A stretch of 64,000 bases of DNA from positions 11,786,551 through 11,850,550 of the forward strand of contig CM074523.1 in the NCBI GenBank assembly GCA_037379345.1. Reading direction: 5' to 3'. Of this stretch, positions 14,091 to 28,841 are shown in pieces. Origin of the DNA: Perna viridis (Eukaryota). The translations under genes were made by a program, and so were the position numbers. The first letter of the stretch is position 1. The number at the start of each line of letters is the position of its first letter. Below the pieces are notes generated by a model. The model worked only from the letters and a program-made list of their open reading frames with translations. It was not told where the DNA came from and ran no database searches.

Positions 14091-14880
14091 ACATCTGCGG
14101 TATAGGCCTTATTAATGCCATTATTTTCTACGTCTACCGCTGTTAATAAACATTTGATGTAACATGTTTTGCACACTAAAACTATGTTGTTTTGTTTTTT
14201 TCTGCTGGTACAACATATTTGTCATGTATAGTAGATAATGTTTTTGCTACATTTGGGCCTTTGAAAACTAATGTTGCATTGACACTCATTGATCTACTTA
14301 GAAAAACTGGCGTACGTTTCAAAATTATGCAAATATTGTATTATTCAAACCTTTCTGTTCAATTGATATATTGAAGGAACACCAGCACAAATATTTGTGC
14401 TTTCGTTATATTATACTTTTCGTACAAGAATCTGAAGTTTTGATTGGTTCAAGAGACATTTGGTATTTGGTCTATTTCCCACTGTGCCTCTCCCGTTGTA
14501 TAGTTTGCTGTCATGGTATATCACCATGATTTACAATAGATCATTTCGATAGATCACTTTCGATATAACACCCGCTCCAACCGGAAGTTGCGTTCCTAAC
14601 CCGTATGCGCATTCCGGCTACACAAATAAATTTGCACTTCCGCCAAAACAAACATATCAGACGACAGTGTACTGATAAATACAATGGCAGCATTTGCGGA
14701 CGTTGACATAGAAGAAATTCAAAAGTTTTTGTCCGAAAAATACAAAAACAAACTGTTGGAGTATGACATCATAAATTCAACGCAGTTAGTCAAATGTACT
14801 AAAAGCAACTAACATAATATTTTTTTCTACCACCAGAGAATGTCACGACGAGGTCTTACAGCGGTATATACCCGACTTAA

Positions 14881-15681
14881 AGGGGTTGTCTTTGTTCAGC
14901 AGTCAGGTTTAAGTATCTTTATTGGTCAGAGAACCTCGAATTAACGGTCTCTGAGGTAACACAATTTCGGTACCCACATTCAAAATTCTGTGAGCTAAAC
15001 ATTGACAATAATTCGACCTACTATTTGTCGTCTTCAATGACAAGTTGAGTTATGTTTTTGCCCCTTCTTCTTAAATCCAACAATTTGTTCCGCCATTTCA
15101 AATCCCGGAATTTGCTCGTTTGCATTAATTTGTATTATTTCTAGCAAGAAGTGACCAAAACATAACAGAAGTATAGATTCATAATATGTATAAACACCCA
15201 AAATTTAGTGATTTTAGCCAATTTTAAGGCACTTGTTTGCCATCTTCAAATTTACCGGAAGTATTAGGTATTTCTTATCCCTGTTTCATACAATAAAGTA
15301 TGAAAAGTACGTTTGTGCCAAATTTCAAGCTTCTTACAAAATGTGCACCAGGTCAACAAAGTATTACAATTTTGGTACATGTTTTTTTTCTTCAAATGGA
15401 AACACGCTTAACTTGTCATACTAAACAGATGTGTATACAGTTTTACACTACTGATTTTGAAAAATTCAAAAATACATATTAAGTTTACTATTATATTTGT
15501 TTATTTATCATCGGTGTCTACATGTTTTGTCATACGAAGTTGAATATAACGATTTCATAAAGCAGTCCAAACTTGTCCTTGGATCATTTCATGTTGTGTA
15601 TGTCTTTTTCATATATTAACCTGACTCTATGAACATGCATATTTTAGTTGATGGGTTCAAGTATTTGAATTTGTCTCCCCT
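14881..15681. mobile_element. Non-autonomous DNA transposon with TTAA flanks (Kolobok-like)
   Basis: TTAA|AGGGG ... CCCCT|TTAA. The TIR is short and there is no coding capacity. Confidence 0.45.
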
Positions 15682-18600
15682 TTAAATAACTTTAAATAAT
15701 GTAAAGTATATTTTGTCATGTTTTTGTATCAATTGTGTGATTTCCCACCTCAAGCAATATCAAAATGATTACATTTTTTAACTTATTGATTTCTGTGTTA
15801 TTTATATATTTTTGTTTTTTGTTTAGAAATTTTTTCACGAAAGAAAATTAGTTTGCATGCTGCCTTACGAAAATGTTTATTACTTTTTCCTTTTTCTTTT
15901 CGAATATTTACGAGAGACCTTCGTTTCATACATTAGATGACACAAAAATGCGACGATGTTATGTATGCATCTAACAATAAGTAGACCACTACGAATCTAT
16001 AAGGGCAAACATACCATCATGGTATACATGAAGTATGTGTAATTTGTATAACCTATTTGGTCTAGTTATTAGATAAAAAGTACAGCATTCGTTCTTTTAG
16101 TTGTAACACAGTTAATAACCATGTAATGAGAACTACTTTTTATAACCGTATGTCAGTTTGCAGATGTCCAGGAGCAAAGGAAGGAAAACAAATGACTTGC
16201 TTTCAATGAAAGACAACTTGACATCTACATCGTATTTCAGATCATTTCAAATTTGTCAGAACGGCATTTGTTGGATAGATAGGGTACAAATCAACCTGTT
16301 ACTATATAAAAGGACCATCTGCCACACTCGATGACGTTAGATATTTATTTTGTAATTCATTGTCTAAAATTATAGCATCAGAAGCCGACTCCACTAACAT
16401 TCTAAAAATATGCATTACAGCACATTGAATTGAGGCCTCAAATGTGAACTTGTATATGCCATTATGATGTCATTTGTATAGAAAAATGATCAAACCAACT
16501 GCGGTAAAAATGACATCAAATAATGTTTTAGTCTATCATCTACCATATACTGTTATGATCTACGTGGCATGTAAAATTAAAAGAGTGGGAGTAGGACTGG
16601 CATTTTGCGGTACAAAGAGGAAAAAGAGGAAGTACATTAACATTGAAAGTTGAAGAGATGCTTTTTCAGTATATTCATCAGTGTTGAAAAATCCAATCAT
16701 TCTAATCTCAGTCTAACAAAAGATTTAGCCATATTTTAATTTAATAAAAAAAATTACAAAAATAGGAATAAAAAAATCCTTATATGTTACCTTGTGTACA
16801 TGTAAATTTCTTGTTTACTGCAGTAACGATCATGACGGTCATTTGTAAGCCTCGAACCAGTTACAACATTTAGGACATATACGTGAAATCGGTCAATCAC
16901 TACGGTTTGTATTCTTACTCGGGGTGTATCTACAAAGTCTGTTGATAAGGTCGTACTGAAAATTAAACGATTGAAAGTTATCCAAAAGTGGGATGTTTAA
17001 ACAAAAATTGTGTTAAAACTCAGAAGGTCTGAGCAAATATTTGAAATCTGAGAAAGGGGGGTTGATAATTTGAAGAAACAGGCACGATTTTTTTTCTCAT
17101 CTGTTTGTACGATTTGTAGTGATCTAAAATCGAAAGTAAATAAAGAAATACTAGAATAACATTGTCATAGATAACTCTAAAACGTTACTCAAATCTCTTA
17201 GCTTTCGTAATGCGTTAGTTTTATTCGTAAAGTGGTCGTTTTCAATGCTCGTTTTCCAAAACATGTACAGAGTGTCTGTGTTTGTTTTGTGTTCATTGCT
17301 CGTTCTCCGTTCGATAAAAAAAACTCCTCTATCCTTTTACGCGTTGCTTGCATGTTCGTTTTTATTTTATTCGCAACATAAAGTTTTTATCTGATAGATG
17401 ATTCTTCTATTTTTAATTTGTTCAATGTTTGTTCGCTCAATTTGTCATAGATTCGGCGGCCCTTAAGCGATTGGTTTAACTAGTATCTCTCAAAATCAGA
17501 AATGCCACCCTTTCAAATAACTTGGTTGAGATCGTGATAGAGATCAAGGCAGGCTCAAGTTAAGCAAGACATATACGCCCTTTATATCGAGTAAATAATT
17601 ACAAGTTCTAATATTAAAAGTCATTATTATCAATCTTGGCTCCTTTTAAAAGTAGCAGTGTGTGATTTGGTATGTCGCACAAACAATTTAACATCTTACT
17701 CTAAGCTTATAGAGAAAACTACTTCTATCAATTTTAATTTGCTGTGTTTTAATAACTGGTATTAAAATTGATGTAAAAATGTACCATAAACCGATATACT
17801 AAATTGCTCATATTGAGTATTGTATATTTTCAGTGACCTTAAACAGACCTTTTCCCGCAAACGCAGTATATTATATTAATTTTTCATGTAAAGTTTGAGC
17901 ATTCATTTTCATTTTAAATAGGGAAATCGCTGGAAGTATATTTCGATCGGTAGTCTATAGAATACTTTAAGGATAACGACAGGAAAATAGACACACACGA
18001 TATACAACATGAGATAACTAAAAAAACTAGTAGAAATTGCACATGAGGAATCTGGAATCAACTACCATACTGAGAGCATTGAATAGATTCACCGATAGGG
18101 TAAGCATCTTCTGCCTTTTCAGGAACACCCTGCTAGTTGCGCAAATTTAGACCAACAGATAGATTAAATGTATTTTAACATTCCAATGAAACTAAAGTTA
18201 AAGAAAAAAATCTCATTTTTACGATTATTTTTAGCTTTAAACTGGTAATAAATATGACTAGAGAAAGGTAATTAATGAAATAATAGAGAGATGATAGGTT
18301 GTCGATTGGTCGGTATATTACTGTAACTGAACCGATCCGTGCAACAAAAATTGCAATCGGTCATCGATCCGTCAAACCGATCGGTTGAACCGGTGATCGC
18401 ATTACGTGACCACAGAGCGATCAATATATTTTACGGTTTCCGTTGTCTTCTTTGTCAATTTTACACATATTTACATAATGCAATAGATTTAAATATAATT
18501 GTGTACTTTTACTTTACATAAGTTCTATTTTTAACAGATTATTCGTCATTTTACATAACAAAACTGCAATCAGATCGGTCACCGGTCATCGGTTATCGAT

Positions 18601-18959
18601 CCGTCAGCGATCAATCAGTCAGTGGTCATTTATCCGACAAACCGTTGCGCGGATCGGTTCAAGGACTGTATTTGTCTCAATTCGTCGCTTTTGTTGTCGG
18701 AAATGATGATGGTATCTTTGATCTGTGTTGAAAGTCCTATTGGTTTTATATATTGTTGGTTGGAATCTAAATTTGTTTTTTCAACACTCTCCATGACAAA
18801 ACAAAACAAGACACGCATACAAACAGAAACTTGATACCCTACAAATATTCCGCAATACAGGTCAACACTTTTTAAATAAAAGGTGAGACCTACAAGAATG
18901 CAATATGGAGAAAGTTTTTGAAAAGTTTTTTTATTAAGAAATATTTAAATAGATAATAG

Positions 18960-19260
18960 ACATAACATTCGAACGGTCAACCATAAATTGTCAATAGAAT
19001 CTGAAAAATGGCAAACTGTGGCACGGGAAGACAGCAAATGCATATTATGCAAAGGCGATATTGATAACGAACTCCACTATCTCTTTTTATGCTCATATTT
19101 TGATAATGAGAGAAACTCATTTATAAAGGAGAAATTAAGAGACAGACCAAACATTATCAGGTTTAATTAATTAATTAATAATAGAAACATTTCCGATTTA
19201 AACAATCTCTGCAAATTTATGCGTATTTTTTTAATTCAAACATGTAATCTCCTTGGACAG
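18960..19260 (+). mobile_element. Non-LTR retrotransposon ORF2 3' remnant (CCHC motif)
   Basis: RTVNHKLSIESEKW..RED..CILC..DNELHYLFLC matches the common LINE C-terminal pattern H.L.IE.GR..R..R.C..C..EDE.H....C. Confidence 0.7.
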
Positions 19261-20021
19261 TTGTTAACTTAACTGTTTTATACTTATATGTTAAATGCAG
19301 GTACCTCTGTTTTACCTTCGTATTTGTTTTTTTTTATATTTTCATAAATTTCTATGTTTATATTCTCTGTACCATTTTATTTTGGTAAAAAAGAGTAAAC
19401 TCTGGTATTTTTATTGAACACACAATGGGTGTTTATAAAAAAATATGATGGAGAAGTTCTCAAATAACGATGTTTAAGGTTGTATATCTGGGGTAAGGTA
19501 GATTATCCAAAATGTCGCGTTTTCGTTGTTCATTTTGCCATGGAAACCGATGCCACATCATCGTGCCAGATTACGAACTTTACAATGTTGATGTTTATGA
19601 TTTCATCAAAACCGCTTACAGATCAGTACAGAAATATAATATGCAATCTTTATTAGAAATGTAAGTATGCCATCTGTCCATAAACCTCAGTTACTCTTAT
19701 TCCTTCTATAAAGTAGTAAACCGAATAGGTGAAATATGTTTGGAAGCGGCAGCAGACGACCACATCGATTGTAAAGTCAGACACCGAAACTGGCCAAATT
19801 TGCTATGCATTTAAGTATGTTTTAATTCATATAAAATGAAAAATACATACATTTAAATTCCGGATTATTCAATATTTGACCTGAATATTTTTCTCAGAAT
19901 AGTAAGAACAAGTACCAAATTTATACTTTCTTCGGACATCGTAACAAATTACCTTTTAAATTTCACTATACAAACCGGCTTAGTGACGTCATGGCTCAAT
20001 CGATCTTGTTTAAACCTGACT

Positions 20022-22150
20022 AATACTGTCTATTTACAATTAAGTTTTCGAATTTAAGGTTATGGATGTATTTAAAAAAAAAAGCTTTTATTTCCTGTAT
20101 TGCACTTGAAAGAATTTCTCAGTGGTCATTATTTTCAACTTATATTTTCCTACACCTATGGTTCTAATACTAGTCAACTCTTACAGCACGTGAACAGAAT
20201 AAAAGAACTTACAATATTACTGTAAGTAGTATTTATATATTCATTTTGACGAAAAATATTTCTTTTAGTATCAGATTTGAATGACGAAATGGCAAAGTCA
20301 AAAGAAAAAAGGCAATTTTCTCACAAGCCACCATCCAAGCTTGTGAAAGAGAAAGACTGTCCGTAAGCGATGGGGTTATTTAAAATATATTGAACGGGTA
20401 TTTCGTATCAGTCATTCAGGTCAGGTCAGAGTGACAAGTTTTTGAAGTGACGAAAGGCTCTGCACTAAGTAAAAACTGTAAGATGACATCAATCAGCTGT
20501 TTTGGTGATTTTTATAAATTGGATCATTTGGCTGATAACAGTTGATTAATGACAATTTTTAGTGTTACTAAATTGTATTTAATTATGAATATAAACTTAC
20601 CTTAGTTTTTCATTGTGTAATTGTGAGTGAAATTCCAATTCAACATCTTTTATACAGTATAATATTCACACATATTCAATACTCAATCTCAAATTCCATA
20701 TCAAAATAATCACATCGTAACATCCTGTAATTTGACAATATTGTTTATATATAAGCACAGAATATAGGTATCTTAAATCACATGAAGATTACCAGTGTAC
20801 ATGGGTGAATTACAGTTGAATGCTGTTAATAAAGGAACATTATTGCTGAAAAGTTGAATAAACCAAAAATATAATATTTAAGTTGATAATGCTTAATTTT
20901 TAATCCCTTAAAATACAGTTGGAAAATGCTACTTTTTTGTCACTCGTAGTTATATGTATACTATCTTAATTTGTTAATTTATAATATAATCAAGTGAGTG
21001 CAGATAAATGCGTGAAAGAATCTTTTAGAATAAAAGACACCAGACAAAGTTTTATCTGTTTTCTCTAAGCAGTACATTTCGGCAAAACATTGATTGTACA
21101 GGTAAATCCACACATTTTTTGTACACATTTCGGACCGATAACAAGCCAACCGGGAATGTCCTATGGTGACTCCTCGTTGTATAATTCACGTTATAATAAT
21201 GATTATATTGATTTTAAAAAGTCTGGAAATTGAGATTCACAAACAGTCACGTTACACTACCGCTAATGAAGGTGCAGTTTGGGTCATTGGCAATTCTTAA
21301 CCGCTCAATCCTCTAAAACTCGCATTACAATATTCTAATGTTATAGTCTTGCAACTTTTAATGAATAATAACACATTTGCCTAATGTAAGGTCTCCATAT
21401 CTTTTATAAAATCGTATCCAAAAATTATTAATTAAACGTGCAAAAAAAAAAAAGAAAAAAGAAATGGAACGATATCTTCAATACTCGATAAAGTCAGGAC
21501 ATTGGAAAACTGATAATCGATAAAAGCAAAAGGAGTGTTCTTCCCTTCAGACACTATACTAAAAAATAAAACCAAAACAAAGTGTGTTTATTTTCGTGTG
21601 TTTATTGGCGGACGAACTGCCAAACAGAGGAATTAACTTGTGCCTCGATCAGGAGTCATGCACATATAACATGAGAAGTTACAGATTTTACATTGTGTAA
21701 TGGTATGTTTTAAGAATAAACGTGTCCATATTCCTATCCCAGATAAACCGTTATGTTAGATTACGATTCATGTTGTAAACTTATTTGTATATCGTGCGTA
21801 TTCGACCATCTTTAGTCCCAAAATAACGTATTGCAGACATTTTCCCACATGCCAGGCAACCATATTGGCATAAGGGGTAATTGATCCAAAAGTACACTGG
21901 GATAATAGTGACGAACGTCTTAATGAACCACCCGTACAGATAGAATAGTTTACGGAAATTGAAAACCACTGACTTTTTACGGCTCTACCATACATCCGGA
22001 AAACGGATTCATCATATATGTAATACAAATGCAGAACTTCAGCATAATTGAAATATAATTACATACATATGTATATCATTTTCTATGCGATTTCTAATTA
22101 CTTGTGATAACTCAGTGGTCTACTTGAATTATCTCTTTTTTCATTTTGTT
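20022..22150. repeat. Upstream non-coding segmental duplication, partner of 51451-54222
   Basis: 20022-20445 matches 51451-51993, 20920-22150 matches 52678-53880, and about 20500-20625 matches about 54130-54222. High nucleotide identity by eye. Confidence 0.9.
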
Positions 22151-22304
22151 TTATATAGAAAAATAAAAACATTACGATTTAGTACCTTCATATTTTTGTT
22201 GACACCATAGATATTCGACTTATAGGTAATTCTTTCAAGGTTCAATATACTCACAGGTCACATCTCCCTTGTGATTCTGTTGGTGTGGAAAATAACTTGG
22301 ACTC

Positions 22305-22640
22305 GGAGTGTTCATATCACAATTCATACGTTATGCCAAAGCTTGCCGAACCTACGCAGATTTTTTGTATCGGGCTAGAATTCTAACACATTGTTACTGG
22401 AACAAGATTATGTTACTACAAGATTGAAGTCAATACTACAGAAGTTTTATGGTCGTCATCATGATCTCGTGGATCGTTATGTTGTATCTATCCATGCCAT
22501 TTGTTTTTGTTACCTTGCATGTATGATTTTAGTTGCTTTACGTTCTTTATTCCGTATGTCCGTTTTCCATGTCTGGTTTTTGTCCATGTATTACATTATT
22601 TTGATTACTGATATAAGTTTGGTTCCCTTGATTATTCTTT
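22305..22640 (+). mobile_element. Penelope-like 3' fragment with internal deletion
   Basis: LLEQDYVTTRLKSILQKFYGRHHDLVDRY followed by the 3' UTR tail. Confidence 0.8.
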
Positions 22641-25600
22641 CCAACTAAGGACTGCTGAATGGGACATTTTCACTATAAATCCTATCATTCAATATTTGCA
22701 TGTTACTTATAAAGACAGGTAAAATAAGAATGATATATAAATGGTGATTTGAATTTAAGTTTTCAAAATAAATTTAAACACTATCTTATTTGCGCTATTC
22801 ATTTAACTGACACCCTAGTTTACGATCAATATTTCATTGTACAGTGAAAACTCTGGTATCTGATCTGCATTTCTGACGACACCATTTCAGATATTCTACA
22901 TGTTAACATTATTTACAGGCTGATTTAAAATAAAAACATGAATTTCATTTGTAAAGGAGATATCATTATTTGTGAATGCTATACACAACGTTTGAGTAAA
23001 GACAATACATTTATAATATTAAAGGGTATCCGCAAATTCTTAAAAAAAACACATGTATCTTCAAATGACATTTAAAGACTTGAACATACATTCAAATCAC
23101 ATTTCGGTACAACAGTATGATAAGAAAAGCATGTGATAAGTTTCTCGCTTACTTGTGACGGAAGATCCAGCCTCATCTTTATGACCAATCAATGTATTAG
23201 GTCACGATAAACTTTAAGGTGATATATTTGAAATGTGTTCTACCGGGTACTGTGAAACAAAAAGGTGAATGTTACAACAACGAAATTAAAGCTGTTGGTT
23301 TTTTTTTATTATTTAAAACTAATGCGAACATGTACTAAAGCTAAACCAAGACATCAAAATGAAAGCAAGACATGGTCTAGATATCGAAATAGTTGAGGAC
23401 TCATCCTAAATGATAGGAGTTTTTCAAAATTAAATTTTACAAATTAAAATTAAATGTTAAGTGGAACACAACTCCAAAAAAACGAGTTCTTGCTTAGGAA
23501 CACACGTTTTTAATAAGAAAAAACCTCTTGTTTCGGAAATGAGAAATTTCGGAACCTCTTTAGGTCTGACCAGATACAAACACAAACGACAAATGAAAAC
23601 AGGCTAAAACCTCAACTTCATATACATGTATGTACCTACTACTCAAAACCAACATTATTTCTTAAGACAGATTAATTGAATCTATGTGCGTAGAAATGGT
23701 TTAAGTGAATCTTGAATGTAATTTTGTAACTTCTCATCTCAAGTCGACTTACGCCCGACATGTATTCAAATGAGGATATGACTTTTAATTCCCCATTCTC
23801 TCCTTACTATAATGAAAACTTATTAAAACACATAATCTCTGTTTCAAAATTTAATCTACGGAGTATATAGAAGTAAATAAGAACTATTCGTTCTACATCG
23901 TGAATGTTTTACATGGTGTATGTATAAATAAATGTATTATAATCACGGACGTAAAATAACAGGACATCAAAATAGCTTTATTATACAGACGTATAGAACA
24001 GAAGCGACGCGAGTGTACTAAGCTATGACTAAGCGGCGATGCCGGTGAAATATATATTCTCAAACCATAAACAGAACATGACGGATTTAGTTGATCCAAT
24101 ATGGCAAACAATTAATGTCAAAATCACCTATTAATAATATTTGCTATTTGCAGTACTAGAATATACTTTTCGAACATTTGATATTCCTTCCAAAATATAG
24201 TTGTCACATTTCAAACCCTTAAATATACTATAACGCAATTGGTATAGAGAAAAAAAAAACATGTGGAGGTAAACTATGAATGTACGCGCCAATTTTGAGT
24301 ATAATATAAATCATGCAGATCAATGGTGAGGTCAAAACCTCAATTGAAAATATATAAATGCCAACATTTTTCTGTTGTATTGTGTTTGGCCTGATTTAAA
24401 CATTCATTGGTAAAGAGATAAATGTTAATTGCATTTATTTAGTGTATTAATTTTGTTCTTTTTTTTTAATTTTTAATTTCTTTAATTTTTGCCAATCTCT
24501 ATTGTGTCCTCTAATATTTAAAGGTCTGATCTGATATATTAAATTTTAATTAGCATTTAGTTACTTTGTCGAACTAAGAAGCTATATCATATTGCTTTAG
24601 ACACGAACATATATATCTAGTTCGGTTTAAAAGTCGTGTATTGTGTAGATCAAGACAATGTTATCGAAATAGGTTAAATAATGGATAAGGTACTGAACAT
24701 TCGGGTTATTACGCAGATATAAAGCATAAAAATTATGTTATGGGAAAACGTTTTGTAGAATGGGTTTGTAAGGGAACGTTAAAAAATATCTAGTTACCAA
24801 ATATTGTTTTTTGATAAATCTTTGGTAAAAATTAAGAGTGCATTCGAGAGTTTACTCATTGATGATGATAAGACAACAACTAATCGTACAGAACAGGTAA
24901 CAATAATTTAGCACTAAAAAATAATGCAATGCAATGAGGAGGAAAAGTCAGAAATGAATTATATTCAAGTGACATTGTAACAATCATGTGGGTAACTGCG
25001 ACACATATATTTCAATATAAATTCTAAAAATTGACATTTTGGTAACTACTGGTAAGTAGGACACATATATTTCAGACAAAATTCTTTAGATATTACATAT
25101 TCTTGCAAAGTATGTGAGTGCAAGAAATTCAATTTCCATAACGGTCTAAAATTATAGAATAAAATGATATTTTCTTTTAATATGAATTTCATGTCGGTAA
25201 CTACGACACGTGTATATCTCAATCAAAAATCAAAGTCATGAAAAAATGATATATTTTTGCTAAATCTTTTAATTCGTTTAATTTCCATGAGAGTCTTAAG
25301 TTATTGTATAAAATGTTACAATGATGAATATCAGTTCATTGTATCATAACGGTCACTTAGACACATATATTTTCTTGTATGATTGCTGCACTTTTGATTT
25401 TCATAGAGGTATTAAAATATTCAGTAAAAATGTAAAAATATATCATTATTCATGTCATGCGTAGCGCATAAATTTCGGTCAAAATTCTTAAAAGTGACCT
25501 ATTATTTAATTACGTGCAAGTATTCAAGGAAAAGTATTTCCTATCTAATGACTGTCAAAATCTGTCAGGAACTATTCTAATCCAGGTTATTCAGAAGTGA

Positions 25601-26342
25601 ATTCAATTTCTGTGATTGGCTAGAAAAAGCTATCCAGAATGACGTCAAACAGAATAGTTTTATTAGTATCTAGAACATTCCTGGCAAAGAGTGTCACGAT
25701 CCATGCAAGATTATTACAGATGACAGATTATTAAATATCCCGACAAGGTTTGTCGCGGGTCAGGACAGTTTCTGACAGTTTAGAACTGATCTATGACAAC
25801 AATTCCTGAAATATTCGAAGAGTGGTTATACATGATCGCAACTGTATTATCAGAGTGGGTTTCGAATACACCCAACTATTTTCTCTTCAGTAAAGGTGAT
25901 GTATTTCAGTTTGGTCGCTACTTACAAATACTTTCAGGGAACGGTCAAAACCCCGACAAATTTCTTTTTTACACACTGATCCGTGACCATAGAGGACAAC
26001 CATTCAAACAGCCACCCTTCCTTTTTTAAGAGTGCCCATAGAGGGATCAACACTAGATCCTTTTCATATACCAAGTATAAAAAAGTATTAAAAATTCAGT
26101 TATTTACAGAACACTTTATATATTTGTAGAATTGAACTCTGAATTAAAAGACAGGTTTTTTTTATATTTTCTTCACAATTCTGTTGTCGATGAAACAGCA
26201 AAGATTAACAGGAGTAAAGAAGTTTCGGATTCATTTCTTTTTTAGGTGTTGGATGTATTGCTTAGTAATAAAGGCTACAGCTTAGTGTTGCAAATTACCT
26301 TCATGTTCATCTATTTAAATCACTAATTTATTTTTTATTTTC

Positions 26343-26520
26343 ATGCTCCCAGTTTTTAGTGGAGTCCGAGTTACTCATTTACTTTTGTTACTTTGTATGT
26401 ATGATTTTAGTTACTTCATGTTCTTTGTTGTGTATGTCTGTTTTCCATGTCTGGTCTTTGTCCCTGGATTACATTCTGTTGATTACCGCTATAACCTTGG
26501 TTCCCTTGATTACTCTTTTA
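26343..26520 (+). mobile_element. Penelope-like 3' UTR fragment
   Basis: atgctcccagtttttagtggagtccgag... matches the reverse complement of 32888-33062. Confidence 0.85.
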
Positions 26521-28099
26521 AATCATTTTAGTATACTGAATTACAATATGATACATTTTTTATTATTATATCACAATGTCTGACGCTTCACATTAACACT
26601 ATACATCATGCAGATTATTTAAATTGAAACAAAAGATGATACTCCCTCCTCCCCCACAAAAAACAAAAACAAAAACAAAATACAAAAAAAAAACCCCAAA
26701 AAGCAAGGGGTTATACATAACAACATTTAAACAAATATTTGTTCGTATTTTGTACATAAAAGTGTTTTGGAATCTAAAGGGGTTAAGTGCTCACATTTAC
26801 TATCATCGTTCTATATTCATCGAGCCACAGTCGAAGCTAGTGTAAAGTACAAAACGTCAATATTAGAATAGTTTTATCTGTTTTAATAAAGTTCTGTGTT
26901 TCCCTTACAAATCTGTGATTGTGAGGCTACATATCGAAACCTTTCATATGTTTTCTTCCTTTAATTGCAAAATTTAAGCAAGTTAGTGATGAAAGTATGA
27001 TAATGTCTAATTAAATATGCATATCTGTGACACATGTCAAAATCGTCCCTATCTAAGGTTACCATTACCTTGCTCATTTTCAATACACATTCCCTCTGAT
27101 TACCCAATGTGTATCTAGAAAAAAAAACATTGATGGTAGCAACGCAGCAGATCGCTTTTTGATACAAGAATTTTTTCTAGATACATTTATGTACACAGGT
27201 GTGTTTGTAGTCATAATAGTCACTTAGTATAATAGTATAATTATTCCTCCACAACAAGTTTTTCCCACGATTCCTCTTCTTCTAAAAGAAATGACAAATT
27301 AAAGTATATAAATATATAATAACATCGAGGAAACGTTTATCTTTATATGGTCAGTAGATATAATGGTTATAATGTAGGGTACATTTATAAATACTGCAAA
27401 AATATATTTGTACCCATTTTGCAATAATTTTGCTAAGCAATATAGCATGACATGAATAACAAAAAGACATAATTGTACGCATTATGATACAAAAATAAAC
27501 ATCACCAAAAACAAAAACATAAATCAAACAAACAAACAAATAAATAAAAACAACTTTGGGGAATAACGTTCCTCTGTTTGTCGTATATATACATGTATAT
27601 ATGTCATATGTTCCTATATGTTACAAGTGCAATAAGTCATAGTATGAATTACTGTCCAGAAATAGAACCTAGTAAAATATGAATGTGCAATTATTCTAAA
27701 TTTGCATTCAGTTGGATTATGGCGTTTTATTAATTGCATATGAAAATGAAATATACGCTTACTGCTCGGTATTGCTGCAACAGAAAAATCAAGATAAAAC
27801 TACTTTAACTGCATGCAAACATATATATATATATATATGTTTATTTCATCATACAACTGTATTTCAGCTGTGTTATTGATATCATAACATTTTAGATATT
27901 GTAAGAGCATCGGCCGTCTACATTTTCTAAGGAATAAAGGAAATGTTGAAATAATAATTTGACGTAAAGTTTACGTTTCATATTCAAACGTATCATAAAA
28001 AATAAAAATTCCACAATTAAATATTGAATTTTTGCTTTTTAGCCACTATAGTCATACACAGTTAGATTAAAGTTAACTGCCCAAATATATTTGTATTTG

Positions 28100-28246
28100 C
28101 ATATTGTACATACGACCCTAATATTATCATATTGTACATACGACCCTAATACTATCATATTGTACATACAACAATAATACTATCATATTGTACATACGAC
28201 CCTAATACTATCATATTGTACATACGACACAAATACTATCATATTG
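28100..28246 (+). repeat. 28-bp minisatellite, about 5 copies
   Basis: Unit catattgtacatacgaccctaatactat. Confidence 0.9.
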
Positions 28247-28841
28247 ATATAAGTTATATTCACAAAAGTCGTTCAAATTCCCACTACCGTTGCTTTTCTA
28301 TGTTTTTGAGCACTTGTCTTATTGGCAGAACGATAAAACTGGCTTAAACATAAGTCAGCATATGATATTTCCACACAACAGAAATAAAAACAAGGATTTG
28401 CGTTCTGATTTCCATAAAAAATCGAAACGAGGGAGTCAGAAACTTACTTCTTTCAATGAGTGGAATGAATAAAACTTGAAGAAGACAATATCCATAATAA
28501 CGAAATACAATAATTATTTAAGTTCTATCGACATATGATAAAATGACATAATAATATCAAAATACCAATATATTAAACACAGATACTTCGGAACATCTTC
28601 TTTCATATTTCTACATTGTACGAAGTAAAAAAACAAATTACATGTGTATCTTTTCTTTGCATGTGTTTGTAAAATCTCCATCTTTTGCTCGTCCTACTCA
28701 ATGATTTATGACGCAGGAATGTCATGTACATAAAAAAGGTATTTTAATAAGAATGAAAAATGATCAATCTTTTACAGCATACTTGTCTTTGTCTTACTAT
28801 ACTATTTTACGTTTTTCAACAGACGAATATATGATCAATGT

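Noticed and set aside
26343-26583. Recurrent hydrophobic ORFs such as MLPVFSGVRVxHLLLLLCMYDF (also 1411-1718, 5094-5345, 32874-33127, 39777-40085, 62066-62263)
   Set aside because: They are translations of the T-rich 3' UTR of the Penelope-like element, not a small membrane protein family.
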